A stretch of 64,000 nucleotides of DNA, taken from the IMG/VR virus record IMGVR_UViG_3300011008_000038, positions 1 through 64,000 of that record. One strand, 5' to 3'. Below, in pieces: positions 20,515 to 30,365 of this stretch. Source of the DNA: a virus. Taxonomy: Duplodnaviria; Caudoviricetes. The stretch's first letter is position 1. Each line of letters opens with the position of its first letter. A program made the position numbers and the translations under genes. The notes under the pieces are model-generated. The model was not told where the DNA came from, searched no databases, and worked only from the letters and a program-made list of their open reading frames with translations.

Positions 20515-21399
20515 TTACATAAATATAGAATAATTAAATAAATCTTTTAAAGATGTGATATCATGTTCCAATAAAACTTCATATATATTATTAACTAATA
20601 CTTCTTTACGTTTTAACATATCTTCGTTAAATTTTATAATATTATAATCTCTAAGTATTGTAACTAATTTTCTAGTTAATTCAATATCTGATTTTCCATC
20701 CAAAAGTAAATTTCTAATCTTTTCAACTATCTTATTTAGATTATCATAAATATTATCTATACTATCAAATGCTTTTATAAGATTTAATGCAGTAACTTCT
20801 CCTATACCATAAATTCCTGGAATATTATCTGATCTGTCACCTTGAAGGATTTTTAAATCAATCCATTGTTCTGGAGTTAAATGATATTTTTCATAAAGCC
20901 ACTGTTTATCAATTAATTCATTATTTTTTGGAGATAATACAAATACATTATCAGATATTAATTGGTATAAATCTCTATCCGAAGATATAATTAAAACTTT
21001 CATATTATTCTCATCACAATATTTTGAAATCATACCTATTATGTCATCAGCTTCATATTCACTATTATTATATATTGGGAAACCAGCCAATATTAATAAT
21101 TGTTCTATAATTGCCATTTGCTTTGAAATATTTTCATCAATTGGTTTTCTTTGTGCTTTATAATTGGAATATAATTTTCTACGAAATGTTTTTGATCTAC
21201 CAAGATCAGATGCAAATACAATATAATCTGGATTAAAGTTATCTTTAAAATTTCTTAACTTATAAAAGAAATTCTTTATTGTGTTTACTTGTTCTCCATA
21301 TTTGTTTAATTGTGGACTTGTGTAATGTGAACAGAATACCAAGTTATTAAAATCTACTAATAATACTAATTTTTTATTATCATTCATTTTTAAAATCAT
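20515..21399 (-). CDS. 5'-3' exonuclease / flap endonuclease (T4 RNase H / PolI N-terminal type)
   Basis: LLVDFNNL, YKAQRK, YEADDIIG, SSDRDLYQL, H3TH motif GDRSDNIPGIYGIGEVTA. Confidence 0.93.
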   Translation of the reverse strand: MILKMNDNKKLVLLVDFNNLVFCSHYTSPQLNKYGEQVNTIKNFFYKLRNFKDNFNPDYIVFASDLGRSKTFRRKLYSNYKAQRKPIDENISKQMAIIEQLLILAGFPIYNNSEYEADDIIGMISKYCDENNMKVLIISSDRDLYQLISDNVFVLSPKNNELIDKQWLYEKYHLTPEQWIDLKILQGDRSDNIPGIYGIGEVTALNLIKAFDSIDNIYDNLNKIVEKIRNLLLDGKSDIELTRKLVTILRDYNIIKFNEDMLKRKEVLVNNIYEVLLEHDITSLKDLFNYSIFM

Positions 21400-21430
21400 C
21401 TCGCTTGTTAATAACTACAATAAAATATTA

Positions 21431-21464
21431 AATATAAGAGAGACCTGTTCGTCTCTCTTATATT
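21431..21464. terminator. Hairpin terminator
   Basis: AATATAAGAGAGAC-CTGTTC-GTCTCTCTTATATT. Confidence 0.65.
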
Positions 21465-21499
21465 TTTTATATGATCTGTACAATTACAATATATCATTA

Positions 21500-22261
21500 T
21501 TATTTTATTTCAATAATAAAAGGTTTTGATTCATTATTAAATTTAATATCATAAATTGTGTGAGTTAAATGACCTCTAGTACCAATCATATTTTTATCCG
21601 GATGAGTCATATCTCGAGCAATTCCAATATCACAGGTAACATTATAATCTGAACCACGTTTCCAAACTGGAGATAATACTTTATCATTAACTCTATTATG
21701 ATATTGATTAATTACATCTGGTTTTCCAGAAGTATGTAAAAATTGGTTACGTGAAAATATTGAATTCCATCCATGAATTTCATATCCATAATTTTCATCA
21801 ATAGTTTCATAACTAATAGTAATTATTTGATCATGTAATCTGGAATCTATCGGAATTGCAGCAACATCAATTTCTTCATTTGCTAATGTAACTATGTATA
21901 GATTTCCTTCATACATTACAGTTCCTTCTTGTGGATAATTTTGATTATTGTATTCAAATATAACTGATTTTGCAGTTATATCATTATTCGTTGTAGTATC
22001 TTCAGTTAATTGGAAATTAACAGGAATGTTTTTATTATATTTTAAATTCGGAAAATCAGGATGTTTTCTAAATTTATTTAACTTGTAACGAAGAATAAAT
22101 CCTTTACATACAAAAGGTTTTTCTTCTTTATTGAAAGTATTTCTAAATACTCCATTAATATTAGCAAATACTTTTTTATGTTTTCTCCAAACGCCATTTA
22201 TTAATGATGCTACTTCAGGAGGCTCTCTAAATACTCCATTTACATTAAGTCTTTCACTCAT
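21500..22261 (-). CDS. Putative tail/fibre-associated protein
   Basis: N-terminal repeats NVNGVFR / LINGVWR / ANINGVFR resemble phage fibre-tip motifs; lies downstream of the large fibre-like gene. Confidence 0.55.
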   Translation of the reverse strand: MSERLNVNGVFREPPEVASLINGVWRKHKKVFANINGVFRNTFNKEEKPFVCKGFILRYKLNKFRKHPDFPNLKYNKNIPVNFQLTEDTTTNNDITAKSVIFEYNNQNYPQEGTVMYEGNLYIVTLANEEIDVAAIPIDSRLHDQIITISYETIDENYGYEIHGWNSIFSRNQFLHTSGKPDVINQYHNRVNDKVLSPVWKRGSDYNVTCDIGIARDMTHPDKNMIGTRGHLTHTIYDIKFNNESKPFIIEIK

Positions 22262-22266
22262 ATTTT

Positions 22267-22647
22267 TTAATCCTCATTTTCTGGATAATATTCATCATAT
22301 GTTAATTGTGCAATTCTAACACTATTAACATTCTGAAATTTTTTACGTGTAATTTTTCCAGGAATTTCTCTAACTAACTTATCTTCATTAATTGCATAAA
22401 TAAATTTATTATACCCTTCTCCAATTTCTACTTTAGCATTAGCTTCTACACCATTATTGACATATGTGTATAACTTATCTGTTTTATTTGGATCTTTAAA
22501 TATTTCTTCTAATTGTTCTAATGTTGCAACTGATGGATCAACATCAATTGTCAAATTATCGCGTTCTATTTCATCATCACCAACTATAGGTTCTCCAAAT
22601 ATGATTAATACTTCTAACTGTGTTCCATCTGCAAATTCTAAAATCAT
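22267..22647 (-). CDS. Small phage protein (tail-associated?)
   Basis: 126 aa, GGAGG SD, LEFADGTQLEV start. Confidence 0.65.
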   Translation of the reverse strand: MILEFADGTQLEVLIIFGEPIVGDDEIERDNLTIDVDPSVATLEQLEEIFKDPNKTDKLYTYVNNGVEANAKVEIGEGYNKFIYAINEDKLVREIPGKITRKKFQNVNSVRIAQLTYDEYYPENED

Positions 22648-22770
22648 AATAAATTCCTCCTAATAAAATATATCGTATATTTTGATGTCATAAGTATATA
22701 TTATAATTGTGATAATATGAATAAGAAATTATTTAATATTATTAAAATTTTATTTAAGGGGGAATTGTTA

Positions 22771-23196
22771 ATGATTAATAACAATTCATTATTAAATGTC
22801 ATAGGCGCAATGAATAACTTCGCTCACAAAGGTGAAGAATGCAACATCAACACATACGACTTCAACGAATTTTCAGCACATCTCAGAGTTTCTGACTGTG
22901 GTCATACAGAATTGATTGTTTGGGACAAAACAAGAGACATTTTCAGAAAATCTCGCAAGGGATACAAGTTCACTTTCATGCCAATGAAAGACGATTGGGC
23001 ATGGGGAATTAGGGTTGAAATGTTTAATTGGAAAATTTTCAACTATGTTGTTCTGTCGAAATGCTCGAGAATTGTACTCAATTCTGACACACAATCGTTT
23101 GAAGATCATGTCGATCAATTATTTGCAAAAAAAATTGCCTATTTCCTAAAGAAAGGAATTAGAGCTATGCTTTGCGAAATGAAAGACCAGAAATAA
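22771..23196 (+). CDS. Hypothetical protein
   Basis: Likely ATG at 22771 after AAGGGGG; TATATATTAT at 22695-22704. Confidence 0.7.
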   Translation: MINNNSLLNVIGAMNNFAHKGEECNINTYDFNEFSAHLRVSDCGHTELIVWDKTRDIFRKSRKGYKFTFMPMKDDWAWGIRVEMFNWKIFNYVVLSKCSRIVLNSDTQSFEDHVDQLFAKKIAYFLKKGIRAMLCEMKDQK

Positions 23197-23218
23197 AATT
23201 TTAAAAAGAATTAATAAA

Positions 23219-23245
23219 GGAGATCTCTCTGAAAAGAGAGTCTCC
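23219..23245. terminator. Hairpin terminator with T-tract
   Basis: GGAGATCTCTCT-GAAA-AGAGAGTCTCC followed by a T run. Confidence 0.65.
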
Positions 23246-23263
23246 ATTTTTTTTATTTTTTTT

Positions 23264-26200
23264 TTATAATTGGAACCAGATATCACCCATACAAAATTCT
23301 TCTGGATTATGAGCTGATATTATTGTGTTACGTAAACTTCTTCTCTCATAATTTGTATGTTCTTCAACTTTTGTATATGATGGAATAGTTTGATCTCTAG
23401 CAATTTTACTTCCAGTAATATTTCTATCTTTTATTTTTCTTTCTGTAATAGAATTATCATATATATGAATTTCTTTAATCATTTCTTCTTGCGCTAATTT
23501 GTTTTCTCTAATTGTATGATTAAGAATTTTATCATTCGTCACAGATTCATCTAATAAATTATTAGTATGAACAGAATTATTTTCTAACATATTATGATTA
23601 ATTTTCATCCACAGAGGTTCATCATTTGCATTAATAACTCCCAATATCACATTATCAGTATTAGATGATTCAATGAATTTAGTTTTAATAATCCAATCAT
23701 CTACCATATCATGTGTTACTTTAGTATATACAGGATCAGAATTTGCATCTATTACTGCCAATACCATATTATCTTCTATTGATGTAAATAATTTTCTACT
23801 TGTAATTGCTCTATCTTGAATAAATGATGTGATAACAGAATTATCCATTAATGGATAACCTTCAAATACTTTTTCATATGTTTCATATAAAGTAACATCA
23901 GCAGCTTTAGTAAATTCAGATTCAAAATTATTTAATAATATATCATATAGTCTTTCTTCTTTAATTGGTGTAATTACTTGATTATTTATTAAAACATCTT
24001 CCATATAATCTATATTCAATTCATCATCATTTATAATATCATGAATCAATTGTCTACTAATTGAAGAAAATACATTATCTTTATAAATTATATTATCTGG
24101 AGTTAAAGGAATCGATATTCCATTCATCAATTCTAATATAGTTTCTTCTTTTATCGATGTAATGAAAGAATAATCTTTATTTCCAAAACACATACATTCA
24201 TTATCACGATATCCATTATAAATATCATAATAATTATTATCAGCTTCTTCAGGTTCTTCTTCATTATTTAAAATTCTAATTAATTTATTTTCATCTATGG
24301 ATACAAATGTAGTTTCTAAATTATCATCAGTATAATGTTTAGATGGTAAAGGTTCTATTTCTCCAAGTATAATTCCTTTAATTTGATCATATTGTATTGG
24401 TCCAATTTTATTACTATAATCAACAAATGTTGGACTATTTGGTGCAGGATTGATCTCATCATTCAATATTTTATTGAGATCTTCTTCAGTGATTCTTTGT
24501 ATACGTAAATGATTTGCATCTATTTTTTCAGGATCTGGTGGCTGTAAACAACAAATTTTAGCTTGTAACTTTTCATAAAATTCTGCACCATTTCTTACTA
24601 ATTTATCATTTACCCATTGACTATCAACAATCTCATTACCAGTTCCTAATTCATCTGATGATTCTGGAGAAGGTCTGACATCTAAAGTTGGAGAGCCTAA
24701 TAAATTTATATCTCTTTGTAATTTATTTGTGGTAACTGCAGAATTATCAATCATTTCTTCTGATATAGTTGTAAATTCTACATCATTATTTTTTATACCT
24801 AAAACTTTTGGTTTATCTTCAGTAATCTCTAATTTAGATAATGGAATTGAATGATCTTCTACTTTATCAACATTAATATCAATTTTATCAATACCTGTTA
24901 TTTCATTGATTCGTTCGTTTACCCATTTGGTATCAGCAATTGTTCCATCATTGGAAAATTTATCAGGATGCTCTTCAAGATGAGGTGAACCAAATAAAAT
25001 TAAATCTGGTAATAGTTTAGATGAACTGATTTGTTGATCTTCAATCATATCATTCTGCAACAATAAAAATTGAGGATTATCAGTATCATTCTTTACACCA
25101 ATTATTCTATTTGGAAATTCTGATTTTTGTAATCTATCTAAATCAATACCATTATCTTTAATGAAATCAGATGTTAATTTTTTCCATCTAGGAATATCAT
25201 TATCATCATTCCCAATTGTTAATATCATTGATTTTGATCCGTCATGAAACCATGTACGTTTCATTTGAACTAATTCTGAATCAGGAATTATTTCAGTTTC
25301 CGGTACTTCGAATATTTCTGGATCTAAATGATAACGTTTAATACTTCCAGTTGGAATATGTCTATCCTGAAGAAATTCATCTTCTACCATATCAGAATTT
25401 ATCTTCATATATTCTGGATGATCATTTCTATTATGAGCTGCTAACACAACATTATCATTATTTGCAGGGTATATTTTATCTTTAGTAACAGCACTTTCAC
25501 TAATCATTTGTGAAGATACTTTAGTCCATTTAGGATCAGTACTCATGTAATCAGTAGCTAATACAGAATATGAATCATCTGAATGTTGAATTTTATCCAA
25601 CGTAACTGATTGATTCTTAATATTTTGAGTATTTACTGATTCTAAAGCTAGCATATTTTCTGTTACTTTAGAATAAACAGGATGTAGTGTTGAATCCGAA
25701 GCCAACACCATATCAGCTTCATTAGCTTTATATATTTTTTCTGATGTAACAGATGATTCTTTTAAATGTCTTGGTAATATAGAATCATTATCAATTACTC
25801 TTGCTGAAACAGAATCATCTGCAAATTTAGATTCAGTAACAGTTTTATCAATTATATTATTACTTCCAACACTATTATCATCTAACATTTCATGATTAAC
25901 TTTACCCCAAACAGGATCTTGATTCGTTTCATAAACACCAAGAATTCTATTCTTAATATTAGATGAAAATAATACTCTTCCATCTACACTTCTATCAGCT
26001 AAATTAATATTGTTTAATACGGATTGATGAATTAAATCTTCAACGTAATCATGATCTGCAATTGGTATTCCATTCACTGTTGGTCTACCTATTAAATCAA
26101 TATCATCAGATAATTTTTCAGATGTAACAGATTTATCAATAAGATGTCTAGTTTCTATTAGATCATCCAATAACATATCAGATGATATTGGAGACCAAAC

Positions 26201-27544
26201 AGGATCTGTTCCATGTTGATTTACAAATAAAAAGCTTTTATCTTGATTAGATGAAAACAATTTATTTCCTGTTACAGCTCTCGAAGAAATATGTCCTTCT
26301 CTAATACTTTCACTAAAAATCTTTCCACTTGTTACACTACCTTCAGCTAATTTATCACTAGTAACACTAAAATTTTTAATTGCTCTTTCTGTTACCGATT
26401 CATCACCTAAATTGATAGCAGTAATTCCTTTATCTTTAATATGAATAGATGAAATTGCTTTATTAATAATATTACCAATCAATTCACCATTTTCACCTAT
26501 GTCAATATCAACAGTATCGGAAGTATATCCTTCTACATATAATGATGATAAATCAATATTGATTTTTCTACCAGAAACTTCAATAAAAGTCATTACATGT
26601 GTTTCTTGGTCAAATTTTACTTCATCAATTAATTCTCCAGTACCAATGATAGTTGATTCTGTTGTATTATCATTAAATACAAATATTAATTTTCCACTTA
26701 ATACATCATATTGTAAATCTACAACATATTTAAAATTTTCGACATTTATACCGAGATCACGTAATATTCTATTAATTTTATCCAATTCATTTTGAGTAGC
26801 TATAGAGATTGGTTTATTCATATCCGATGTATTATTAACATTTCCCAATCCAATTTGTTCTTTAGTTACAAAATGGGGATTATCAAAATCATTGATATGT
26901 GAATCAAAATCTTCTTGACTGGCCGCTCCTATTGATGATGGAATTAAATTATGTGGATTAGCTGAATTATTGATATGATCATTTAATATATCCGATGTAT
27001 TTGATAAATTTGTATTTAAATCATTAATATCATTATCTAATCTATCAGCTAATGAATTTATTATATTGGATAATCCTGATTGTGAAATTAGTCCAAAATC
27101 ATCATTGCCCAATTCACTATAAATAGTTGGTCTATTTATAATATTTTTCCATAATAATTTTTCTGATATTGTTCCATCAAATACACCATATTTTGTTAAT
27201 AACATTCCAACAGCTTTTTCAGTTGGAATTTTATCATCACTCCATAAATCAGGATCAACATCTATAGTATGAGTCATAGGAACTGCTCCTATAGCTCCTT
27301 CTATTCCACCATATTGTACAAGATAATTACTTGATTTAGCTGGAAATATTTTTTGTTTATATGCCAAACTTTGATAGATTTCATCTAAAATATCTTGTAA
27401 AGATTTACTATTCAGATCCATTGCTTCATGAACAGCATCTATTGTTGTTGCTGGCCATATTTCTTTATAGTTAACATTTTCAGAAGGTTTTGTATTAGTG
27501 ATTTCTGCTCGTAATAATTCAATACCTCTTTCTACAACTGGCAT
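23264..27544 (-). CDS. Large tail-fibre-like structural protein
   Basis: NPH-x-VTKEQIGLGNVNNTSDMNKPIS motif; many (S/A)VTxxKI/L repeats and PxWxKI/V motifs; six about 34-aa IxExxIxxIL repeats near the C-terminus. Confidence 0.7.
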   Translation of the reverse strand: MPVVERGIELLRAEITNTKPSENVNYKEIWPATTIDAVHEAMDLNSKSLQDILDEIYQSLAYKQKIFPAKSSNYLVQYGGIEGAIGAVPMTHTIDVDPDLWSDDKIPTEKAVGMLLTKYGVFDGTISEKLLWKNIINRPTIYSELGNDDFGLISQSGLSNIINSLADRLDNDINDLNTNLSNTSDILNDHINNSANPHNLIPSSIGAASQEDFDSHINDFDNPHFVTKEQIGLGNVNNTSDMNKPISIATQNELDKINRILRDLGINVENFKYVVDLQYDVLSGKLIFVFNDNTTESTIIGTGELIDEVKFDQETHVMTFIEVSGRKINIDLSSLYVEGYTSDTVDIDIGENGELIGNIINKAISSIHIKDKGITAINLGDESVTERAIKNFSVTSDKLAEGSVTSGKIFSESIREGHISSRAVTGNKLFSSNQDKSFLFVNQHGTDPVWSPISSDMLLDDLIETRHLIDKSVTSEKLSDDIDLIGRPTVNGIPIADHDYVEDLIHQSVLNNINLADRSVDGRVLFSSNIKNRILGVYETNQDPVWGKVNHEMLDDNSVGSNNIIDKTVTESKFADDSVSARVIDNDSILPRHLKESSVTSEKIYKANEADMVLASDSTLHPVYSKVTENMLALESVNTQNIKNQSVTLDKIQHSDDSYSVLATDYMSTDPKWTKVSSQMISESAVTKDKIYPANNDNVVLAAHNRNDHPEYMKINSDMVEDEFLQDRHIPTGSIKRYHLDPEIFEVPETEIIPDSELVQMKRTWFHDGSKSMILTIGNDDNDIPRWKKLTSDFIKDNGIDLDRLQKSEFPNRIIGVKNDTDNPQFLLLQNDMIEDQQISSSKLLPDLILFGSPHLEEHPDKFSNDGTIADTKWVNERINEITGIDKIDINVDKVEDHSIPLSKLEITEDKPKVLGIKNNDVEFTTISEEMIDNSAVTTNKLQRDINLLGSPTLDVRPSPESSDELGTGNEIVDSQWVNDKLVRNGAEFYEKLQAKICCLQPPDPEKIDANHLRIQRITEEDLNKILNDEINPAPNSPTFVDYSNKIGPIQYDQIKGIILGEIEPLPSKHYTDDNLETTFVSIDENKLIRILNNEEEPEEADNNYYDIYNGYRDNECMCFGNKDYSFITSIKEETILELMNGISIPLTPDNIIYKDNVFSSISRQLIHDIINDDELNIDYMEDVLINNQVITPIKEERLYDILLNNFESEFTKAADVTLYETYEKVFEGYPLMDNSVITSFIQDRAITSRKLFTSIEDNMVLAVIDANSDPVYTKVTHDMVDDWIIKTKFIESSNTDNVILGVINANDEPLWMKINHNMLENNSVHTNNLLDESVTNDKILNHTIRENKLAQEEMIKEIHIYDNSITERKIKDRNITGSKIARDQTIPSYTKVEEHTNYERRSLRNTIISAHNPEEFCMGDIWFQL

Positions 27545-27695
27545 TAGAAATCATCCTCCTTTGTTTATAAAATATAAATATCAAACCTAATTACATGAGA
27601 GTTTCACAAACTCAATATGTGTATAGTACAAGAAAACCAGAAGTTAATCTTTATAATTTAATATTATATATTTAAAATTGAGGAGGTATTTTATC

Positions 27696-28463
27696 ATGGC
27701 TATTACAGAACATAACTGGTTAGATCAGAAAGGTGTTCAAATTGTAAAAAAAATAATGCTAGATATTATAGCTAATAATCTCATAGAAAATTCTTTTACT
27801 AATGTATTAGATGAAAATTCTGATGATAAACATCGTTTATCTGCAGATATATTAAATTCACTAATTGAAAGTTTAAATAGAAAATTAGATAATTTAATAA
27901 TATCTGAAGAAAATACTAATTCATATTTTACTGAATTTAATATTACACCAATAATATTTTTTGAAGGCAATCCGAGTGATAAATTTACAAATCCATCAGA
28001 TGATTTTGTTTATGTGCAAATAAATGATACTAGTAAAGAAAATAATTCAATATGGTTATATCAAAAAGTAAAACATGCTGATGTTCAAAATACATTTGAA
28101 TTGGATGATAATGGAAATTTATTAATTCATACTGATAATAATGCTCCTAATGTATCATTTGAGATTACTACTGAAGGAGATTTGTTAGTAACAACAGAAT
28201 ATGATTATTGTAATTTTTCCATTATTGGAGATGATTTATACTTTACATATGATATTGATAATTCTAGTGGAATAAATATTAATAATGAAAAGTATGAATG
28301 GATTTGTATAGGAAAACAATATTATGATATAAACAATTATTGGGAAAAGGATAATCTCGAAGAACTTAAAAATGCTTTATATGCAGGATATGATGAATAT
28401 GAATTTAATAATATTGATGAAAATCATATTCATGAAAAAGTTGTTAGTGTATTTAATGAATAA
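27696..28463 (+). CDS. Fibre/decoration-like structural protein, paralogue of the 58086-60141 genes
   Basis: WLDQKGVQIV, HRLSADILNSL, PSDDFVYVQ, NYWEKDNLEELKNAL align with the 59506-60141 protein; GGAGG SD. Confidence 0.65.
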   Translation: MAITEHNWLDQKGVQIVKKIMLDIIANNLIENSFTNVLDENSDDKHRLSADILNSLIESLNRKLDNLIISEENTNSYFTEFNITPIIFFEGNPSDKFTNPSDDFVYVQINDTSKENNSIWLYQKVKHADVQNTFELDDNGNLLIHTDNNAPNVSFEITTEGDLLVTTEYDYCNFSIIGDDLYFTYDIDNSSGININNEKYEWICIGKQYYDINNYWEKDNLEELKNALYAGYDEYEFNNIDENHIHEKVVSVFNE

Positions 28464-28465
28464 GA

Positions 28466-28507
28466 ATAATTATAGATGGAACCTTTATTGGTTCCATCTA
28501 TAATTAT
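28466..28507. terminator. Bidirectional hairpin terminator
   Basis: ATAATTATAGATGGAACC-TTTATT-GGTTCCATCTATAATTAT. Confidence 0.75.
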
Positions 28508-28541
28508 ATATTTAATTAAGAAGCTTTTATTATGAAAAAAG

Positions 28542-29012
28542 TTATTCTGTGCTTTCTGAAGCATCTGCACGAAGTTCACCGATAGCTAATTTCTGAATAG
28601 TTGATATAACCAATTTTTGAGCATCTTCAACTCTAATAAATACATTACTGAGTTTTTTAATCAGTAAATCAGCAATTTGATCAACTAATTTATCAATATA
28701 TGAAATAGATTTCGTATCATCTTTATCTGTTGATACTTTATCATTGGTAGCATCAACTTTTTTTACATCTTCTGTAATATCAGATTCTTTTCTAGGTTTT
28801 AACTCCAAATCTCTTTCAGGTATTTTTTCAACATCTATTTCATTCTGTTTAAAAGGTTTTTTAACAGTTGTTTTTTTACTTGATTTAGTTGATGTTGATT
28901 TCTTTGTTTTCTTAGTAGTTGATTTAGATTTTGTTTCAGATTCTATAACAGTTTTAACTCCATCTAATCCTATAACTTCTGTTTTAACAGCACTTGATTT
29001 TTTTCTTGGCAT
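28542..29012 (-). CDS. Hypothetical protein with Lys/Thr/Ser-rich basic N-terminus
   Basis: KSKSTTKKTKKSTSTKSSKKTTVKKP; GAGG SD. Confidence 0.65.
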   Translation of the reverse strand: MPRKKSSAVKTEVIGLDGVKTVIESETKSKSTTKKTKKSTSTKSSKKTTVKKPFKQNEIDVEKIPERDLELKPRKESDITEDVKKVDATNDKVSTDKDDTKSISYIDKLVDQIADLLIKKLSNVFIRVEDAQKLVISTIQKLAIGELRADASESTE

Positions 29013-29057
29013 TTTTACATTCCTCTTTCTATTTATGTTTTCATCTTAATAAAAAAA

Positions 29058-29091
29058 TATAGAATAGATTTTATATAAAATCTATTCTATA
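29058..29091. terminator. Perfect 34-bp palindrome
   Basis: TATAGAATAGATTTTAT|ATAAAATCTATTCTATA. Confidence 0.55.
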
Positions 29092-29118
29092 ATAATTATT
29101 TAGGAAGGATTGTGTATG

Positions 29119-29415
29119 TTAATCAACATCTTGTTCAATATTTGATTCCATATTTGATGAATTATATGTTTCGGAAGATCTATAATAAGTTGCTTTCTGA
29201 GTTAATATAACATCATTAGCAACATCACGTCCACTTTTATCAGTAGCTGGTTCAATCTCAACCTTATCGTTTTCTTTCAAACCTTTAAAAAGTCTACCTT
29301 CTAAAATATCACGCCAACGAAAACGATATGTTTTATTATCTTCACCACGAACTACTCCAAAGCCCTTATTTAAATCAAACCATTCAACTGTTCCAGAAAT
29401 TCTGCTCATTTTCAA
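29119..29415 (-). CDS. Cold-shock domain protein
   Basis: SGTVEWFDLNKGFGVV (RNP-1), FKGLKENDKVEIE, GRDVANDV. Confidence 0.85.
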   Translation of the reverse strand: MKMSRISGTVEWFDLNKGFGVVRGEDNKTYRFRWRDILEGRLFKGLKENDKVEIEPATDKSGRDVANDVILTQKATYYRSSETYNSSNMESNIEQDVD

Positions 29416-29499
29416 TTATCTCCTTTTTTATTATTCAAAAAAAAAATATTATAAGAATTATATTTCCCTATATCTTGATGTATATAGGGAAATAAATTT

Positions 29500-30261
29500 T
29501 TATTTACTTAATAATTCAACAACTCTTGGATCTTGTGTTTTTACTGTTTGCTTCGGCATAATGTATACAAGATATTCAACAAGATCTTTACTAATTGGAT
29601 TGACTTCAGAGATTTTGATTTCTCCATCCAATTTACCAGTTTCAATTGTAGTTAGCATATCCTGTAAAATTAATTCTGGTCTGGCAGCAAATGCTACCCA
29701 ATCTTTTTCATCATTTCCAGTTATCAATCTAGGTCTACAATTTTCTTTAATAGATCTGATAAATTCTTCTGTCATACCTAATGTTTCTTCAAGATATTCC
29801 ATCTTTCGAAAATCTTTTAGCCAAGATTCAACATCTTCTAATCGATAGGCATATTTCTTAATTATAATATCAAATAGACTTTTCTTAAATCTGATATTCG
29901 ATCCTGTTGCTCCAATCTTGCCATACCAACCAAAATCTTGTTTATCTTCCATAGCTTCCTCACTAAATGCTATTAGTAATGAAGCATATGAAGCTCTTGG
30001 AAGATTATCATCATGATGTCTACGTTTCTTTTCTGTATATCGTGGAATAACTGTCACACGTATATTAGGTACAATGCTTCGAGCCTTTTCAATCAAAAAT
30101 TGTGAAATTTCATCGGTTGTAAATCTATAACATGCGATATACCCAAATGGTTTCTTCTTACAGCGAACATTTGGAGATAACATTTTAGCATTTACATCAA
30201 TGAGAAATTCATTCTTTTCTCCACATTTTGGACAAACTGCTTCAACTTTAATCTCAGGCAT
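29500..30261 (-). CDS. Hypothetical protein with N-terminal Zn-knuckle (CPKC)
   Basis: 253 aa, GGAGG SD, GATATATTAT at 30347-30356 upstream. Confidence 0.75.
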   Translation of the reverse strand: MPEIKVEAVCPKCGEKNEFLIDVNAKMLSPNVRCKKKPFGYIACYRFTTDEISQFLIEKARSIVPNIRVTVIPRYTEKKRRHHDDNLPRASYASLLIAFSEEAMEDKQDFGWYGKIGATGSNIRFKKSLFDIIIKKYAYRLEDVESWLKDFRKMEYLEETLGMTEEFIRSIKENCRPRLITGNDEKDWVAFAARPELILQDMLTTIETGKLDGEIKISEVNPISKDLVEYLVYIMPKQTVKTQDPRVVELLSK

Positions 30262-30346
30262 AATTATAAAAGCCTCCTTAATTATTTATTATGAATTTTA
30301 ATATATATGGTAATAACTCAAACGATATTTTATTCCATATACAAAT

Positions 30347-30356
30347 ATAATATATC
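30347..30356 (-). promoter_or_regulatory. Candidate phage promoter element GATATATTAT
   Basis: Intergenic, oriented toward the 30261 start. Confidence 0.4.
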
Positions 30357-30365
30357 ATTTAAATT

